Of a stretch of DNA of 33,431 bases, positions 17,270 through 26,077 are shown piece by piece (the first letter of the stretch is position 1; each line of letters starts with the position of its first letter). The notes under the pieces are model-generated. The model searched no databases. It was not told the origin of the DNA and saw nothing but the letters and a program-made list of their open reading frames with translations. Made by a program: the position numbers and the translations under genes. Location: assembly GCA_900299315.1 (NCBI GenBank), contig OMJI01000280.1:1-33431 (forward strand), in the 5' to 3' direction. The stretch comes from Verrucomicrobiota bacterium (GTDB lineage: Bacteria; Verrucomicrobiota; Verrucomicrobiia; Palsa-1439).

Positions 17270-17635
17270 GTGAGGACATACGGCTACATCCTTTGCATAG
17301 TTTACTTGGTGCTCAAGACCTACGCGCGTTTTTACCTCTACCAATCCGTTCACGCCCGGCCGGCGATGACCCGTTCCAACGAGGCGCTGCAAATAATGGA
17401 TGTGGCGAGTTGGTTGGCGTTGAGCGGGGCGTTCTTCTTCATTCTCCGGCCGGAACGACCGCTGTCGACCATAATTCTTACCGTGGTCTTGGCGGTTTAT
17501 GACCCGGTGGCCCGGTTTGTCTTTCTGCGGATGGAAGTACGGCGAATGCAGTTACAGTCACCCAACCGGAAATGGCATTACCGGGACGCTCGCCGGCATG
17601 TGCGGCGGCGCGCCGTCAACGCCATGTTCCACTAA
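17270..17635 (+). CDS. Hypothetical small membrane protein
   Basis: Three hydrophobic segments and a basic tail; fills the gap between the kinase and MTAP genes; upstream TTGAAA-18-TATAAG. Confidence 0.65.
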   Translation: MRTYGYILCIVYLVLKTYARFYLYQSVHARPAMTRSNEALQIMDVASWLALSGAFFFILRPERPLSTIILTVVLAVYDPVARFVFLRMEVRRMQLQSPNRKWHYRDARRHVRRRAVNAMFH

Positions 17636-18486
17636 ACGTATTTTCCGATCAGCAGTTGCAGCTTCTTCTTTGTGGCCGGTCGCATGGCCTTCCGGTCGGT
17701 CATGACGGCGGCGGATAAGGCGTGGTGACACGAACAGTCAGCCTTTGCATCGAGGGCACCGACAGCGGCGCGGACAATTTCTTGGGCCATTCGAGAGTTC
17801 TGCTTCAGCGTGTTGATGACCATCTCCACCGTGACGGCGTCGTGGCCGGGGTGCCAGCAATCGTAGTCCGTCACCATTGCCATCGTCGCATAACACAACT
17901 CCGCCTCGCGGGCGCACCGGGCTTCGCCGAGGTTGGTCATCCCAATCACGTCCCAGCCTTGTGCCCGGTGGAAGTGCGACTCCGCGCGTGTGGAGAACGC
18001 CGGGCCTTCCATGTTCACGTAGGTGCCGCCGTCGTGCGCCGTCGCACCGGCTTTGCGGGCGCATTTCAGTAAGGTTTGGCGGACGTCGGAACAAACCGGG
18101 TCGGCGAATGCCACGTGAGCGACCACGCCGTCGCCAAAGAAAGTGAAGTCCGCGTTGCGCTTTGTCCGGTCGAAGAACTGGTCCACCAACACTACATCCG
18201 TCGGCTTGTAAGCCTCCTTCAAGCTGCCGACGGCGCTCACGCTGATGATTCGGGATACGCCGAGTTTCTTCATGCCATAGATGTTAGCCCGGTGATTCAA
18301 CTCGCTGGGAAGAATCCGGTGACCTCGTCCGTGGCGGGGAAGAAAGACCACATCCTTACCGGCTAGTTTGCCGGTGAGGTACTGGTCCGAAGGTTTCCCG
18401 AAGGGGGTGGTCACCGTAACCCAGCGCTGCCCGGTAAAACCTTCCACTCCATACAAACCACTGCCGCCGATGATTCCGATTTTCAT
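17632..18486 (-). CDS. mtnP: S-methyl-5'-thioadenosine phosphorylase
   Basis: MKIGIIGGSGLY, TPFGKPS, FLPRHG, SAVGSL, MEGPAFSTRAES, IGMT, VTDYDCWH. True start is ATG 18486. Confidence 0.93.
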   Translation of the reverse strand: MKIGIIGGSGLYGVEGFTGQRWVTVTTPFGKPSDQYLTGKLAGKDVVFLPRHGRGHRILPSELNHRANIYGMKKLGVSRIISVSAVGSLKEAYKPTDVVLVDQFFDRTKRNADFTFFGDGVVAHVAFADPVCSDVRQTLLKCARKAGATAHDGGTYVNMEGPAFSTRAESHFHRAQGWDVIGMTNLGEARCAREAELCYATMAMVTDYDCWHPGHDAVTVEMVINTLKQNSRMAQEIVRAAVGALDAKADCSCHHALSAAVMTDRKAMRPATKKKLQLLIGKYV

Positions 18487-18595
18487 GTCGCAACGAATAC
18501 TCCCGGCGTTCACAGATGCGCAAGCCGGGAAACGTTTTTGAACAGAAATGAGGATGAGGAGTGTGGATGGTGCAGGTGCTGATGCTGCGCCGCCC

Positions 18596-18613
18596 GTGGC
18601 ACTTGGGCTGCTA
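18596..18613 (+). promoter_or_regulatory. Candidate sigma-54 (-24/-12) promoter
   Basis: GTGGCACTTGGGCTGCTA contains TGGCAC with GG-N10-GC spacing; predicted start site about 2 nt before ATG 18625. Confidence 0.6.
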
Positions 18614-18624
18614 ATTTTGATCTT

Positions 18625-19047
18625 ATGCGCGCATACAGGGAAACCAGACGGAAGAAGATTGCGGTGGTGGCAGAGGATGACGACCGAGTGGGCAGTTTGG
18701 TGGAGGAACTTCTCAAGGAAATCGGCTTCGAGACCCACCGGGCTGCGGATGGCGTCACGGCGATTAACGAGATTCTGGAACGAAAACCAGACGTACTGAT
18801 TTTGGATCTCGTGTTGCCACGCCTGCGCGGTCAGGAAATTTGCGCCATGGTGCGGAAAAGCCCGACGGTGAATCGGACGGCGATTGTTGTGATCTCCGGT
18901 AATGTTGAGGCGGATTCGAAGGCGGATTTGTTCCGGTTGGGCGCAGATGATTTTGTCTCCAAGCCGTTCCAGACCGATGAACTGACGGCCCGCGTCCAGG
19001 CGGTCTATCACCGGGCGCAACACCGGGCGCACACCATCACTGAGTGA
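18625..19047 (+). CDS. Stand-alone response regulator receiver protein
   Basis: AEDD acidic pocket, LILDLVLP phospho-Asp, ISG, GADDFVSKPF; no output domain. Confidence 0.9.
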   Translation: MRAYRETRRKKIAVVAEDDDRVGSLVEELLKEIGFETHRAADGVTAINEILERKPDVLILDLVLPRLRGQEICAMVRKSPTVNRTAIVVISGNVEADSKADLFRLGADDFVSKPFQTDELTARVQAVYHRAQHRAHTITE

Positions 19048-19100
19048 GCTTTGGACATTTCCCGGGCACTGCGTTAGTATCCGGCGGAGGAAGGTGATTC

Positions 19101-19427
19101 ATGGATATTCTTATTCACGCTGACGGGCTCACCATTAACGACGACTTGCGCGATGCCATCGAGGGCAAGATTGGCCACGTGGAGCAGTTTGCGCCGCGGG
19201 CCGTCCGCACCCGGGTGTACTTACGCAAGACCAGTGCGCACGTCTCGACCCGGCAATACTCCGTGCGCGTTCTGTGCGAGGTGCCCGGCAAGGATGTGAG
19301 TTGTGAGCAATTCGGCCCGGACGTGTTGTCGGCCGTGGATGTTGTCGCCGGCAAGATCGAACGTCTGCTGCGAAAGCAGAAAACCTCCCGGCTGGCCAAG
19401 CGCGCCAAGGGGCCGCACCGGGATTAG
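19101..19427 (+). CDS. hpf: Ribosome hibernation promoting factor / RaiA (short form)
   Basis: MDILIHADGLTINDDLRDAIEGKI...DVLSAVDVVAGKIERLLRKQK, S30AE-type pattern; GGAGG upstream. Confidence 0.85.
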   Translation: MDILIHADGLTINDDLRDAIEGKIGHVEQFAPRAVRTRVYLRKTSAHVSTRQYSVRVLCEVPGKDVSCEQFGPDVLSAVDVVAGKIERLLRKQKTSRLAKRAKGPHRD

Positions 19428-20104
19428 GCGAAGTGCCCGGCTAATTGGCCGAAGTTTTCGAGGATCAGCGTCTCGCCACCATTCGGGCTGATTTCCTCCA
19501 GCTCATGGTGCCAGGTGGTGTGGTAGGGAATGAATACCGTGTTGAGGCCGGCCGCTTTGGCCGGGTTGATGTCGCTGCGCGGTGAATTTCCAATCATCCA
19601 CGTGTTGCCGGGATTGAGTTGATGGCGGGCGACAATCTCCCGGTAGGTGGCTACCAGTTTCTCGAAGACCACCTCGGTAGCGTGGAAATAGTTTGCGAGC
19701 CCGGAGCGCTCCAGCTTGCCGAGTTGTTCGTCGTGCTGCCCCTTGGTAACAAGGATCAGCCGGTTGCGCTCGTGGAGAAGGGGGAGTGTTTCGCGGACGC
19801 CCGGCATGAACTCGATCGGATAATGCCGGATCCAGAGTTCCTTTCCGGTAATCCACGGTTCGAGGTCAGTGACGCCCAGCTCACAAGCCGCTTCGTGGAG
19901 GGATTTGCAGAAGGCGTTGCTTCCGTAGCCGGTCAACTTGATGTTGCGCTGCTCGGTGTCCCAGAGCACTTGCTGCGCTCGCTCTTCGGGGATGCCGCGG
20001 TCTCGCAGGCGGGCGAAGAACTCCGACGCGACCTGCTCGAAGTAGATGTTGTTCTCCCAGAGTGTGTCGTCAGCGTCGATGAGGAGTGTGCGGGTGGTTG
20101 ACAT
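19424..20104 (-). CDS. HAD-superfamily hydrolase
   Basis: IDADDTLW motif I, VTKG motif II, MIGNSPRSDI motif IV. Confidence 0.9.
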   Translation of the reverse strand: MSTTRTLLIDADDTLWENNIYFEQVASEFFARLRDRGIPEERAQQVLWDTEQRNIKLTGYGSNAFCKSLHEAACELGVTDLEPWITGKELWIRHYPIEFMPGVRETLPLLHERNRLILVTKGQHDEQLGKLERSGLANYFHATEVVFEKLVATYREIVARHQLNPGNTWMIGNSPRSDINPAKAAGLNTVFIPYHTTWHHELEEISPNGGETLILENFGQLAGHFA

Positions 20105-20126
20105 CGCGACGCGGAGTTTTTAATCT
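20098..20126 (+). promoter_or_regulatory. Sigma-70 promoter of frr (leaderless)
   Basis: TTGACA-17-TAATCT, 7 nt before ATG 20134; no Shine-Dalgarno. Confidence 0.75.
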
Positions 20127-20133
20127 GCGCGCC

Positions 20134-20694
20134 ATGAGCTTGCAAGCTGTCCTCGACGAGATGGAAGAGAAGATGATGAAGACCTTGGAGGTCGTGCACA
20201 ACGAGTTCTCCACCGTGCGCACCGGCAAGGCGTCCACGTCATTGGTGGAGAACATCCAAGTGGAGGCCTACAGCGCACACATGCGGTTGCGCGAGGTCGC
20301 CGGCATCTCGACCCCCGAGCCGCGATTGATCGTAATTCAGCCGTGGGATGCGACGTTGGTGCAGGCGATTGCGCACGCCATCCAAAAATCTGAACTGGGA
20401 ATCAACCCGGTCGTCGACGGAAAAATCATTCGCATCCCGATTCCGCAACTCGATCAGGAGCGGCGCCGGGAGCTTGATAAGGTCTGCAAGAAACTCGCCG
20501 AGGATGGCCGGATTGCCGTTCGCAACGAGCGCCGGCAGGGAATGGAAGCCGCCAAGAAACTCCAGAAGGACGGCAAGATTACCGAGGACGATTTGAAGCA
20601 CGCCGAGAAAGAAATCCAGCAGAAGACGGACGAGTACATCAAGGAAATCGACACCACGCTCGCCCACAAGGAGAAGGAAATCCTTTCGGTGTAA
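20134..20694 (+). CDS. frr: Ribosome recycling factor
   Basis: VRTGKAS, IQPWD, LGINP, IRIPIP.L..ERR, RIAVRNERR, KEKEIL. Confidence 0.97.
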   Translation: MSLQAVLDEMEEKMMKTLEVVHNEFSTVRTGKASTSLVENIQVEAYSAHMRLREVAGISTPEPRLIVIQPWDATLVQAIAHAIQKSELGINPVVDGKIIRIPIPQLDQERRRELDKVCKKLAEDGRIAVRNERRQGMEAAKKLQKDGKITEDDLKHAEKEIQQKTDEYIKEIDTTLAHKEKEILSV

Positions 20695-20774
20695 GCGCAG
20701 CCACCGGCGGCTGATTTCTTGTGTTTTGGAGCCGCTGTGATACTCTCTCCTGACGAACCTCGTCAGGACAAGGA

Positions 20775-21515
20775 ATGCGAGATAACATTTTGAGCCGGTT
20801 GTCTTTGGGTCTGCTTTTCGCCTGCCTCTGCACCTTGTTTGCCGGGTGTAACTCGGGGCTGAATCAACTCTCCGAAGAAGATCGCAACCCCTACGCCCTG
20901 AAGGCCAAGGAAATGGTACAAGACCGCGACTTCCGGGGGGCTGCTGAACTCTACCGGAAAGCCCTGCGCGTGAATCCCGAGCTGGCCAATATCCACCTCG
21001 AACTCGGCCTGCTCTACGACGACAAGCTCGGCGACCCGATCTCGGCGATCTACCACTACCGGCAGTATCTGGAATTGAAGCCGGACTCTCCCAAACGCCC
21101 GTTGGTCGAGAATTTCATCGATCGCGCCAAGCTCAACCTCATCGCCAAGATTCCGCAAGCACCCCTCGCCGAGCCCGGTGACTTGGCGCGGATTCAGTCC
21201 GAGAAAGCGGCGTTGCTGCAGGAGAACGCCACGCTTCAGCAACGGGTATCGGAATTGGAGAAGGCGCTGGCAGGTCAGCCGGTCGCCGCAGCGCCGCAAC
21301 CCCCGGCTCCGCCGCCGGTGAGCACCCCGACCGAGCCGCCGGTGGCCCGGCCGACAGTGCGGACGCATACGGTGCAGAAGAGCGATACCTTGTACTCGCT
21401 GGCCGAAAAATATTACGGCTCGAAGTCCGACTGGGCGAAAATCTACGCTGCGAACCGGCAGACCATGCGGAGTCCGAACGAACTCAAGGTGGGCCAGCAG
21501 TTGGTGATTCCGTGA
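20775..21515 (+). CDS. Lipoprotein with TPR, coiled-coil, Pro-rich linker and C-terminal LysM
   Basis: Lipobox FAGC; TPR-like AAELYRKALRVNP / AIYHYRQYLELKP; LysM HTVQKSDTLYSLAEKYYG...LKVGQQLVIP. Confidence 0.88.
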   Translation: MRDNILSRLSLGLLFACLCTLFAGCNSGLNQLSEEDRNPYALKAKEMVQDRDFRGAAELYRKALRVNPELANIHLELGLLYDDKLGDPISAIYHYRQYLELKPDSPKRPLVENFIDRAKLNLIAKIPQAPLAEPGDLARIQSEKAALLQENATLQQRVSELEKALAGQPVAAAPQPPAPPPVSTPTEPPVARPTVRTHTVQKSDTLYSLAEKYYGSKSDWAKIYAANRQTMRSPNELKVGQQLVIP

Positions 21516-21543
21516 AACCGGTGGGCGATCGCAAGCGGGCATC

Positions 21544-22344
21544 ATGATGGGGCGAATTACAGCGGCGGTGGTCGTGATCTTCTGGTTGGTGATGACCGGT
21601 GCGCTCGTGCGGCTTGAGTTCTTCCCGGAACCCATCGGCGTCAACGAAGTCCCGCCGGAGTTGGTGCTGCGAAAGATTTTCAACAATCCAGACTCCCCGG
21701 GCTTGAACGTGTTTTACCACGGCAGCCCGCTCGGCTTCTGCAAAGTTGAGTTCACTCCCATCTTCACCACGACCAACGAAGTTCCCGCTCGCCCCACGTC
21801 GTACCGGGTGCAGAGCGAGCTGACGCTCACCGTCCAAGGCGGGTTTCCCGCCAACCGGATCCGGCTGATCGGCGACAGTTATTTCAATTCCAAGTTTGAG
21901 ATGGAATCGTTCCATCTCCGGTCGGGCTTTGCCGAGAACCGCTTCGAGGTCCGGGGTGACGCCGCAAGCAACAAAGTGGTGCTCGACGTCGAGTTCGGCG
22001 AGTTTCGCGAGCACCGTGAACTGGAGTTCTCCCGGATCCAAGGCGCAGGGCTGGCCGGGGCGATGGGCGTGCCGGGGTTGTCGAGCTTCGGTTTGATCGG
22101 TGGTGTGCCGATGGGGCCCGGTGGCTTGGGGATGTCACAACCCAAGACGCGCATCTACCTTACCGACCTGCATGTCGGTGAAGCAAAGATGCAGGCCTAC
22201 CTCATCGACTCCCGGTTCGACGACACCCTCTGGTCCAAACTCTGGGTGAGTCAGCGCGGCGAGATTCTCAAAGTCGACACCTCGGTCGGCGTCACGATGG
22301 TCCAGAACATGTTTGCGCAGGATGGAATGCATGATACGGACTGA
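21544..22344 (+). CDS. Hypothetical membrane-anchored extracytoplasmic protein
   Basis: N-terminal hydrophobic helix followed by beta-rich sequence; overlaps the ABC ATPase start. Confidence 0.75.
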   Translation: MMGRITAAVVVIFWLVMTGALVRLEFFPEPIGVNEVPPELVLRKIFNNPDSPGLNVFYHGSPLGFCKVEFTPIFTTTNEVPARPTSYRVQSELTLTVQGGFPANRIRLIGDSYFNSKFEMESFHLRSGFAENRFEVRGDAASNKVVLDVEFGEFREHRELEFSRIQGAGLAGAMGVPGLSSFGLIGGVPMGPGGLGMSQPKTRIYLTDLHVGEAKMQAYLIDSRFDDTLWSKLWVSQRGEILKVDTSVGVTMVQNMFAQDGMHDTD

Positions 22345-23083
22345 ACAACTGACCAAGGCGTTTGGCGGCGTCCGGGCGGTTGACGGGCTGAACCTCGACA
22401 TCGCCGCCGGCGAGTTTTTCGCGTTCCTTGGTCCGAACGGAGCCGGCAAGACCACCACAATCAAGTTGCTGACCGGCTTGCTGAAACCGACATCGGGCCG
22501 GGCGTTGATCTGCGGTCATGACATCCAGCAAGCGCCGATGGAGGCCCGCAAACAGATCGCCTACGTGCCGGACCTGCCGTTCCTCTACGACAAGCTCGCG
22601 CCGCTGGAGTTCATGCATTTCATCGGTCAGCTCTACGGGATGGACCGGGCTATCGTCGAGCGCGCCTCGGCGGAACTGTTCGATGTCTTCGATCTGAACG
22701 GAACCCGGGAGAAGTTGATTGAGACACTCTCGCATGGGACCCGGCAGCGATTGGTCATCGCCTCCGCGTTGCTCCACAACCCGAAGGTCATCATCATCGA
22801 CGAGCCGATGGTTGGCTTGGACCCGCGCAGCGCACGGGTGGTGAAGGACGTTCTCAAGGAGCGCTCGCGGAACGGGGCTACCGTGTTCCTGTCCACGCAC
22901 ATTCTGCATGTCGCCGAGGAACTGGCCGACCGGATTGGAATTCTGAATCATGGCAAGCTCATCGCCGTGGGCACGATGGACGAATTGCGGGCGGCGAGTG
23001 GCGTTGTTGGCGCGCTGGAAGACGCGTTTCTCTCATTGACCCGCGAAGAAGAAGAAGCGCCTGTGGAGCCTGCCTCGGAATGA
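22331..23083 (+). CDS. ABC transporter ATP-binding protein (ABC-2 exporter type)
   Basis: Walker A GPNGAGKTT, signature LSHGTRQR, Walker B IIIDEP, STH switch. Confidence 0.95.
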   Translation: MIRTEQLTKAFGGVRAVDGLNLDIAAGEFFAFLGPNGAGKTTTIKLLTGLLKPTSGRALICGHDIQQAPMEARKQIAYVPDLPFLYDKLAPLEFMHFIGQLYGMDRAIVERASAELFDVFDLNGTREKLIETLSHGTRQRLVIASALLHNPKVIIIDEPMVGLDPRSARVVKDVLKERSRNGATVFLSTHILHVAEELADRIGILNHGKLIAVGTMDELRAASGVVGALEDAFLSLTREEEEAPVEPASE

Positions 23084-24810
23084 CCGCGCCCACATTTTTC
23101 CGCGTCCTGATGGATCTCCATCTGCACATGGCCCAGCGTCGGCTCGGATCGCTCAAGCAACAGTCCCGGTTGATGCTCGCGGTGATCATGCTCTTCGTCC
23201 TCGGATACTGGGTGGCCGGGTACGCTCTGTTTCGTGCCGGCTTTTGGTACCTGACAAAGTTCCCGGGACTTGGCGGTTTGTTGATGGATCGGATGCTGTA
23301 CCTCTTCTTCGCATTCCTCTTTCTGATGCTCGTCTTCTCTAACATGATCATCGGCTACTCGACCCTGTTCAAGAGCCAGGAAACGCAGTGGATGATGACC
23401 CTGCCGGTGCGCCACACGGATGTGTTCCGGTGGAAGCTGGTCGAGACCGCGTTGCTGGCGAGCTGGGCGTTTCTGTTTCTGTCAGCCCCGTTCATGTTGG
23501 CCTACGGTAACGTCCGGGACGTGTCGTGGTCGTTCTACCTCAAGGCGCTGCTGCTCTTCGTGCCCTTTATCGTCATCCCGGCCTCCGTGGGCTTGCTGGT
23601 GATCCTTTTCGTGACCCGGTATCTCCACCGGCAACTCTTCAAATGGGCGCTGTTCGGCTTGGGGACGTTGGCCATCATCGGCGCCGTCTTGCTCGTGCGA
23701 CCGATGGATGCCGGGCAGTTGCAACAAGCCGAGATGATTTCCTCGATGAATCAGCTTCTCCACAACAGCCGGTTGGCCCTGCAACCCCTGCTGCCGAGCT
23801 ACTGGGTTGCCTCCAGCATGATTGCGTGGGGAGAAGGGTGGGGCGGCCGGGGGTTGTTCTTCTTCCTCGTCTTGGTCAGCAACGCGGCGATGGCGGTCCT
23901 GCTCTGCGCGGTGGCCAGCAGCCGGTTGTTCTACGACGGCTGGTCGCGCAACCACAGCCAAGGGCCGTTCCGGTTCGGCGTCACTGTCCTCGACCGCGAG
24001 TTTGCCGTCCGCCCGCGCAGTAGCGGGCTCGACCGGCTGCTGCGCCTCTGGCCGTGGCTGCATCCGTCCACCCGGGCGCTGATGGTGAAAGATATCCGGA
24101 TTTTCTGGCGCGACACATCGCAGTGGAGCCAGTTCGTGATCTTCTTCGGCCTGCTCGGTCTCTACGTCCTGAACCTGCGGAACGTTTCCTACGACTGGAG
24201 CAACGAGTTCTGGGTCAGCTTCGTCTCCTTCCTGAACCTCGGCGCGTCGAGCATGACCTTGGCAACGTTGACGACCCGGTTCGTCTTCCCCCAATTCAGC
24301 ATGGAAGGCAAACGACTCTGGATCGTCGGCATGGTCCCGTACGGCATGAAACGCGTCTTGCTGGAGAAGTTCTGGCTCAGCAGCGCGTGGTCGGTCGGGA
24401 TTACCCTGACGCTGACTCTCCTGTCGAGTTGGATGCTTAAGCTACCGGCTTGGATGACGGTCCTCTTCTCCGCGACGGTCGTGCTGATGAGTTTTGCGCT
24501 CTGCGGCATTGCCGTCGGCGTCGGCGCGCTGTTTCCGAACTTTAGCACCGGTTCGACTGCCAACCGGTACGACAATCCGGCCAAGATCGTGTCCGGCTTT
24601 GGCGGCACGTTTTGTTTCGTGCTCAGCCTCGTCTACATCGTCCTCGTGATCCTCGCCGAAGCACTCCCGGTTTACTGGGGAGTGGGCGTCGGCAGCGGCC
24701 GGCCGTGGGGCATTGTCCTCTCCTGGATCTTCGTCTCGGGGCTCAGCCTCCTCGCCATCGTCGTGCCCATGTCGCTCGCCTTGAAAAAGGTGGGCGAAAT
24801 GGAGATGTGA
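23080..24810 (+). CDS. Putative ABC transporter permease (two-repeat multi-pass membrane protein)
   Basis: Many hydrophobic helices; internal repeat motifs MMTLPV and KDIRIFWRD...SMEGKRLWIV; ATGA overlap with the ATPase. Confidence 0.85.
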   Translation: MTAPTFFRVLMDLHLHMAQRRLGSLKQQSRLMLAVIMLFVLGYWVAGYALFRAGFWYLTKFPGLGGLLMDRMLYLFFAFLFLMLVFSNMIIGYSTLFKSQETQWMMTLPVRHTDVFRWKLVETALLASWAFLFLSAPFMLAYGNVRDVSWSFYLKALLLFVPFIVIPASVGLLVILFVTRYLHRQLFKWALFGLGTLAIIGAVLLVRPMDAGQLQQAEMISSMNQLLHNSRLALQPLLPSYWVASSMIAWGEGWGGRGLFFFLVLVSNAAMAVLLCAVASSRLFYDGWSRNHSQGPFRFGVTVLDREFAVRPRSSGLDRLLRLWPWLHPSTRALMVKDIRIFWRDTSQWSQFVIFFGLLGLYVLNLRNVSYDWSNEFWVSFVSFLNLGASSMTLATLTTRFVFPQFSMEGKRLWIVGMVPYGMKRVLLEKFWLSSAWSVGITLTLTLLSSWMLKLPAWMTVLFSATVVLMSFALCGIAVGVGALFPNFSTGSTANRYDNPAKIVSGFGGTFCFVLSLVYIVLVILAEALPVYWGVGVGSGRPWGIVLSWIFVSGLSLLAIVVPMSLALKKVGEMEM

Positions 24811-24867
24811 CGCTTTACATCCCGGGCGCTTTCTGCTATCCCCTGACTCAACAAGGAGGATGTATCT

Positions 24868-25509
24868 ATGAAGGAGGGGAGCAGTACCATCGCGCTTAGT
24901 GTGCCCGCTTCGAACAACGGGTTGGAATTTCCCGTCGTCGAGCAACCAACCGCCGCCGTCGAACTCGAAACCAAACTCGATCAGGCCCGTGGTGATTTGC
25001 TGGAATTACGCCGCCGGCAGGAAGAACTCGAGCGTCAAAAAGGGGAACTCGAGGAACTTCGCCGCAAGCAGGAGGAATACTCCCGCGGTCGTGCCGAGAT
25101 GTTGGACAATCTCACCCGTGGTCTCGTCACGCTCGAACGTGAGCAAATCGAGTCGCAAAGACTCGCGGAACTCTGCGGCAAGACCATGACCGCCTTCCGC
25201 GATTACAAGGATCGCATCGAGGCGATCAACGACCAGGAGTGGAACTCTGTGACGTTGCGCCCCGAACTCAGCCGGGCCCTGGCGGTGATTCAGGACTCCC
25301 GGCTCGAATACAACCGCGCCCGGACCAAGCTGGATTGCCTCAACCCGGGCGCCAACCAACCCGCTGCCGTTGTTGAATCTGCTCCGAAGCCGCTCATCGA
25401 CCAGCGCGAATTGATCCGGTACGCCCTGATTGGCGCCGCCGCCAGCGCGCCGCTCATCATTGCCGGGACGATCTGGTTGATCGTGCTCGTCGCGACGCAC
25501 GCGAGGTAA
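24868..25509 (+). CDS. Hypothetical coiled-coil protein with C-terminal membrane anchor
   Basis: AAGGAGG RBS and TTTACA-17-TATCCC upstream; ELRRRQEELERQKGELEELRRKQEE heptads; hydrophobic C-terminus. Confidence 0.8.
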   Translation: MKEGSSTIALSVPASNNGLEFPVVEQPTAAVELETKLDQARGDLLELRRRQEELERQKGELEELRRKQEEYSRGRAEMLDNLTRGLVTLEREQIESQRLAELCGKTMTAFRDYKDRIEAINDQEWNSVTLRPELSRALAVIQDSRLEYNRARTKLDCLNPGANQPAAVVESAPKPLIDQRELIRYALIGAAASAPLIIAGTIWLIVLVATHAR

Positions 25510-25514
25510 TCGAA

Positions 25515-26027
25515 ATGTTCTGGCAAAAGGCAGACAAACCGGTCGACCGCGCGTTGCTGGATGTCGAACGCCAGCTTGCCGAAGTGCGCCGCCAGCTCCG
25601 CGACGCCGAACGTCCCGGCGGGGCTCCCGTCGCGCCGCGTGGCCCTTCGTCCGGTACGTTCGTCAAACAGATGCTCACCCCTTCGCGGGGTGACAACAAG
25701 CCGACGTACCACGCGAAGAAGGCCGACCTGTTTGACGTCGGTGCCGAACCTCTCAAGGAGTTGGAAGCCGAGGCGATCGACCAAGCCAGGCCGAAGCAGC
25801 CGGAGCTTTTCTCCGGCGCAGCGCCGGGTGGCAACGGCACCCGGGCTGTCTCGCTCCAGTCTGATCCCCAGGACAAGTTGTTCACCTATCTGGGCGCGGG
25901 CAGCATCCGGTCATTCCAGCCGCAGCGCCAGCTCAAGAGCGTCCAGCGCCGTGAGCGCAACCGGTTCTTTGGCTGGCTCGGCTTGGCGGTGGCCACGTTG
26001 TGGTTGTTGTACGTGATGGTCCGGTAA
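25515..26027 (+). CDS. Hypothetical protein with C-terminal membrane anchor
   Basis: GAGGT RBS; short N-terminal coiled coil, disordered middle, RNRFFGWLGLAVATLWLLYVMVR tail. Confidence 0.75.
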   Translation: MFWQKADKPVDRALLDVERQLAEVRRQLRDAERPGGAPVAPRGPSSGTFVKQMLTPSRGDNKPTYHAKKADLFDVGAEPLKELEAEAIDQARPKQPELFSGAAPGGNGTRAVSLQSDPQDKLFTYLGAGSIRSFQPQRQLKSVQRRERNRFFGWLGLAVATLWLLYVMVR

Positions 26028-26077
26028 GGTTGTAAGGTTCGCAGTTCCGGCTCGACCAACCAGCAGAAGGCAAGGCG

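Noticed and set aside
18487-19032. Apparent 182-aa N-terminal extension of MTA phosphorylase (possible fusion)
   Set aside because: It is antisense to the receiver gene; the family N-terminus MKIGIIGGSG starts at 18486.
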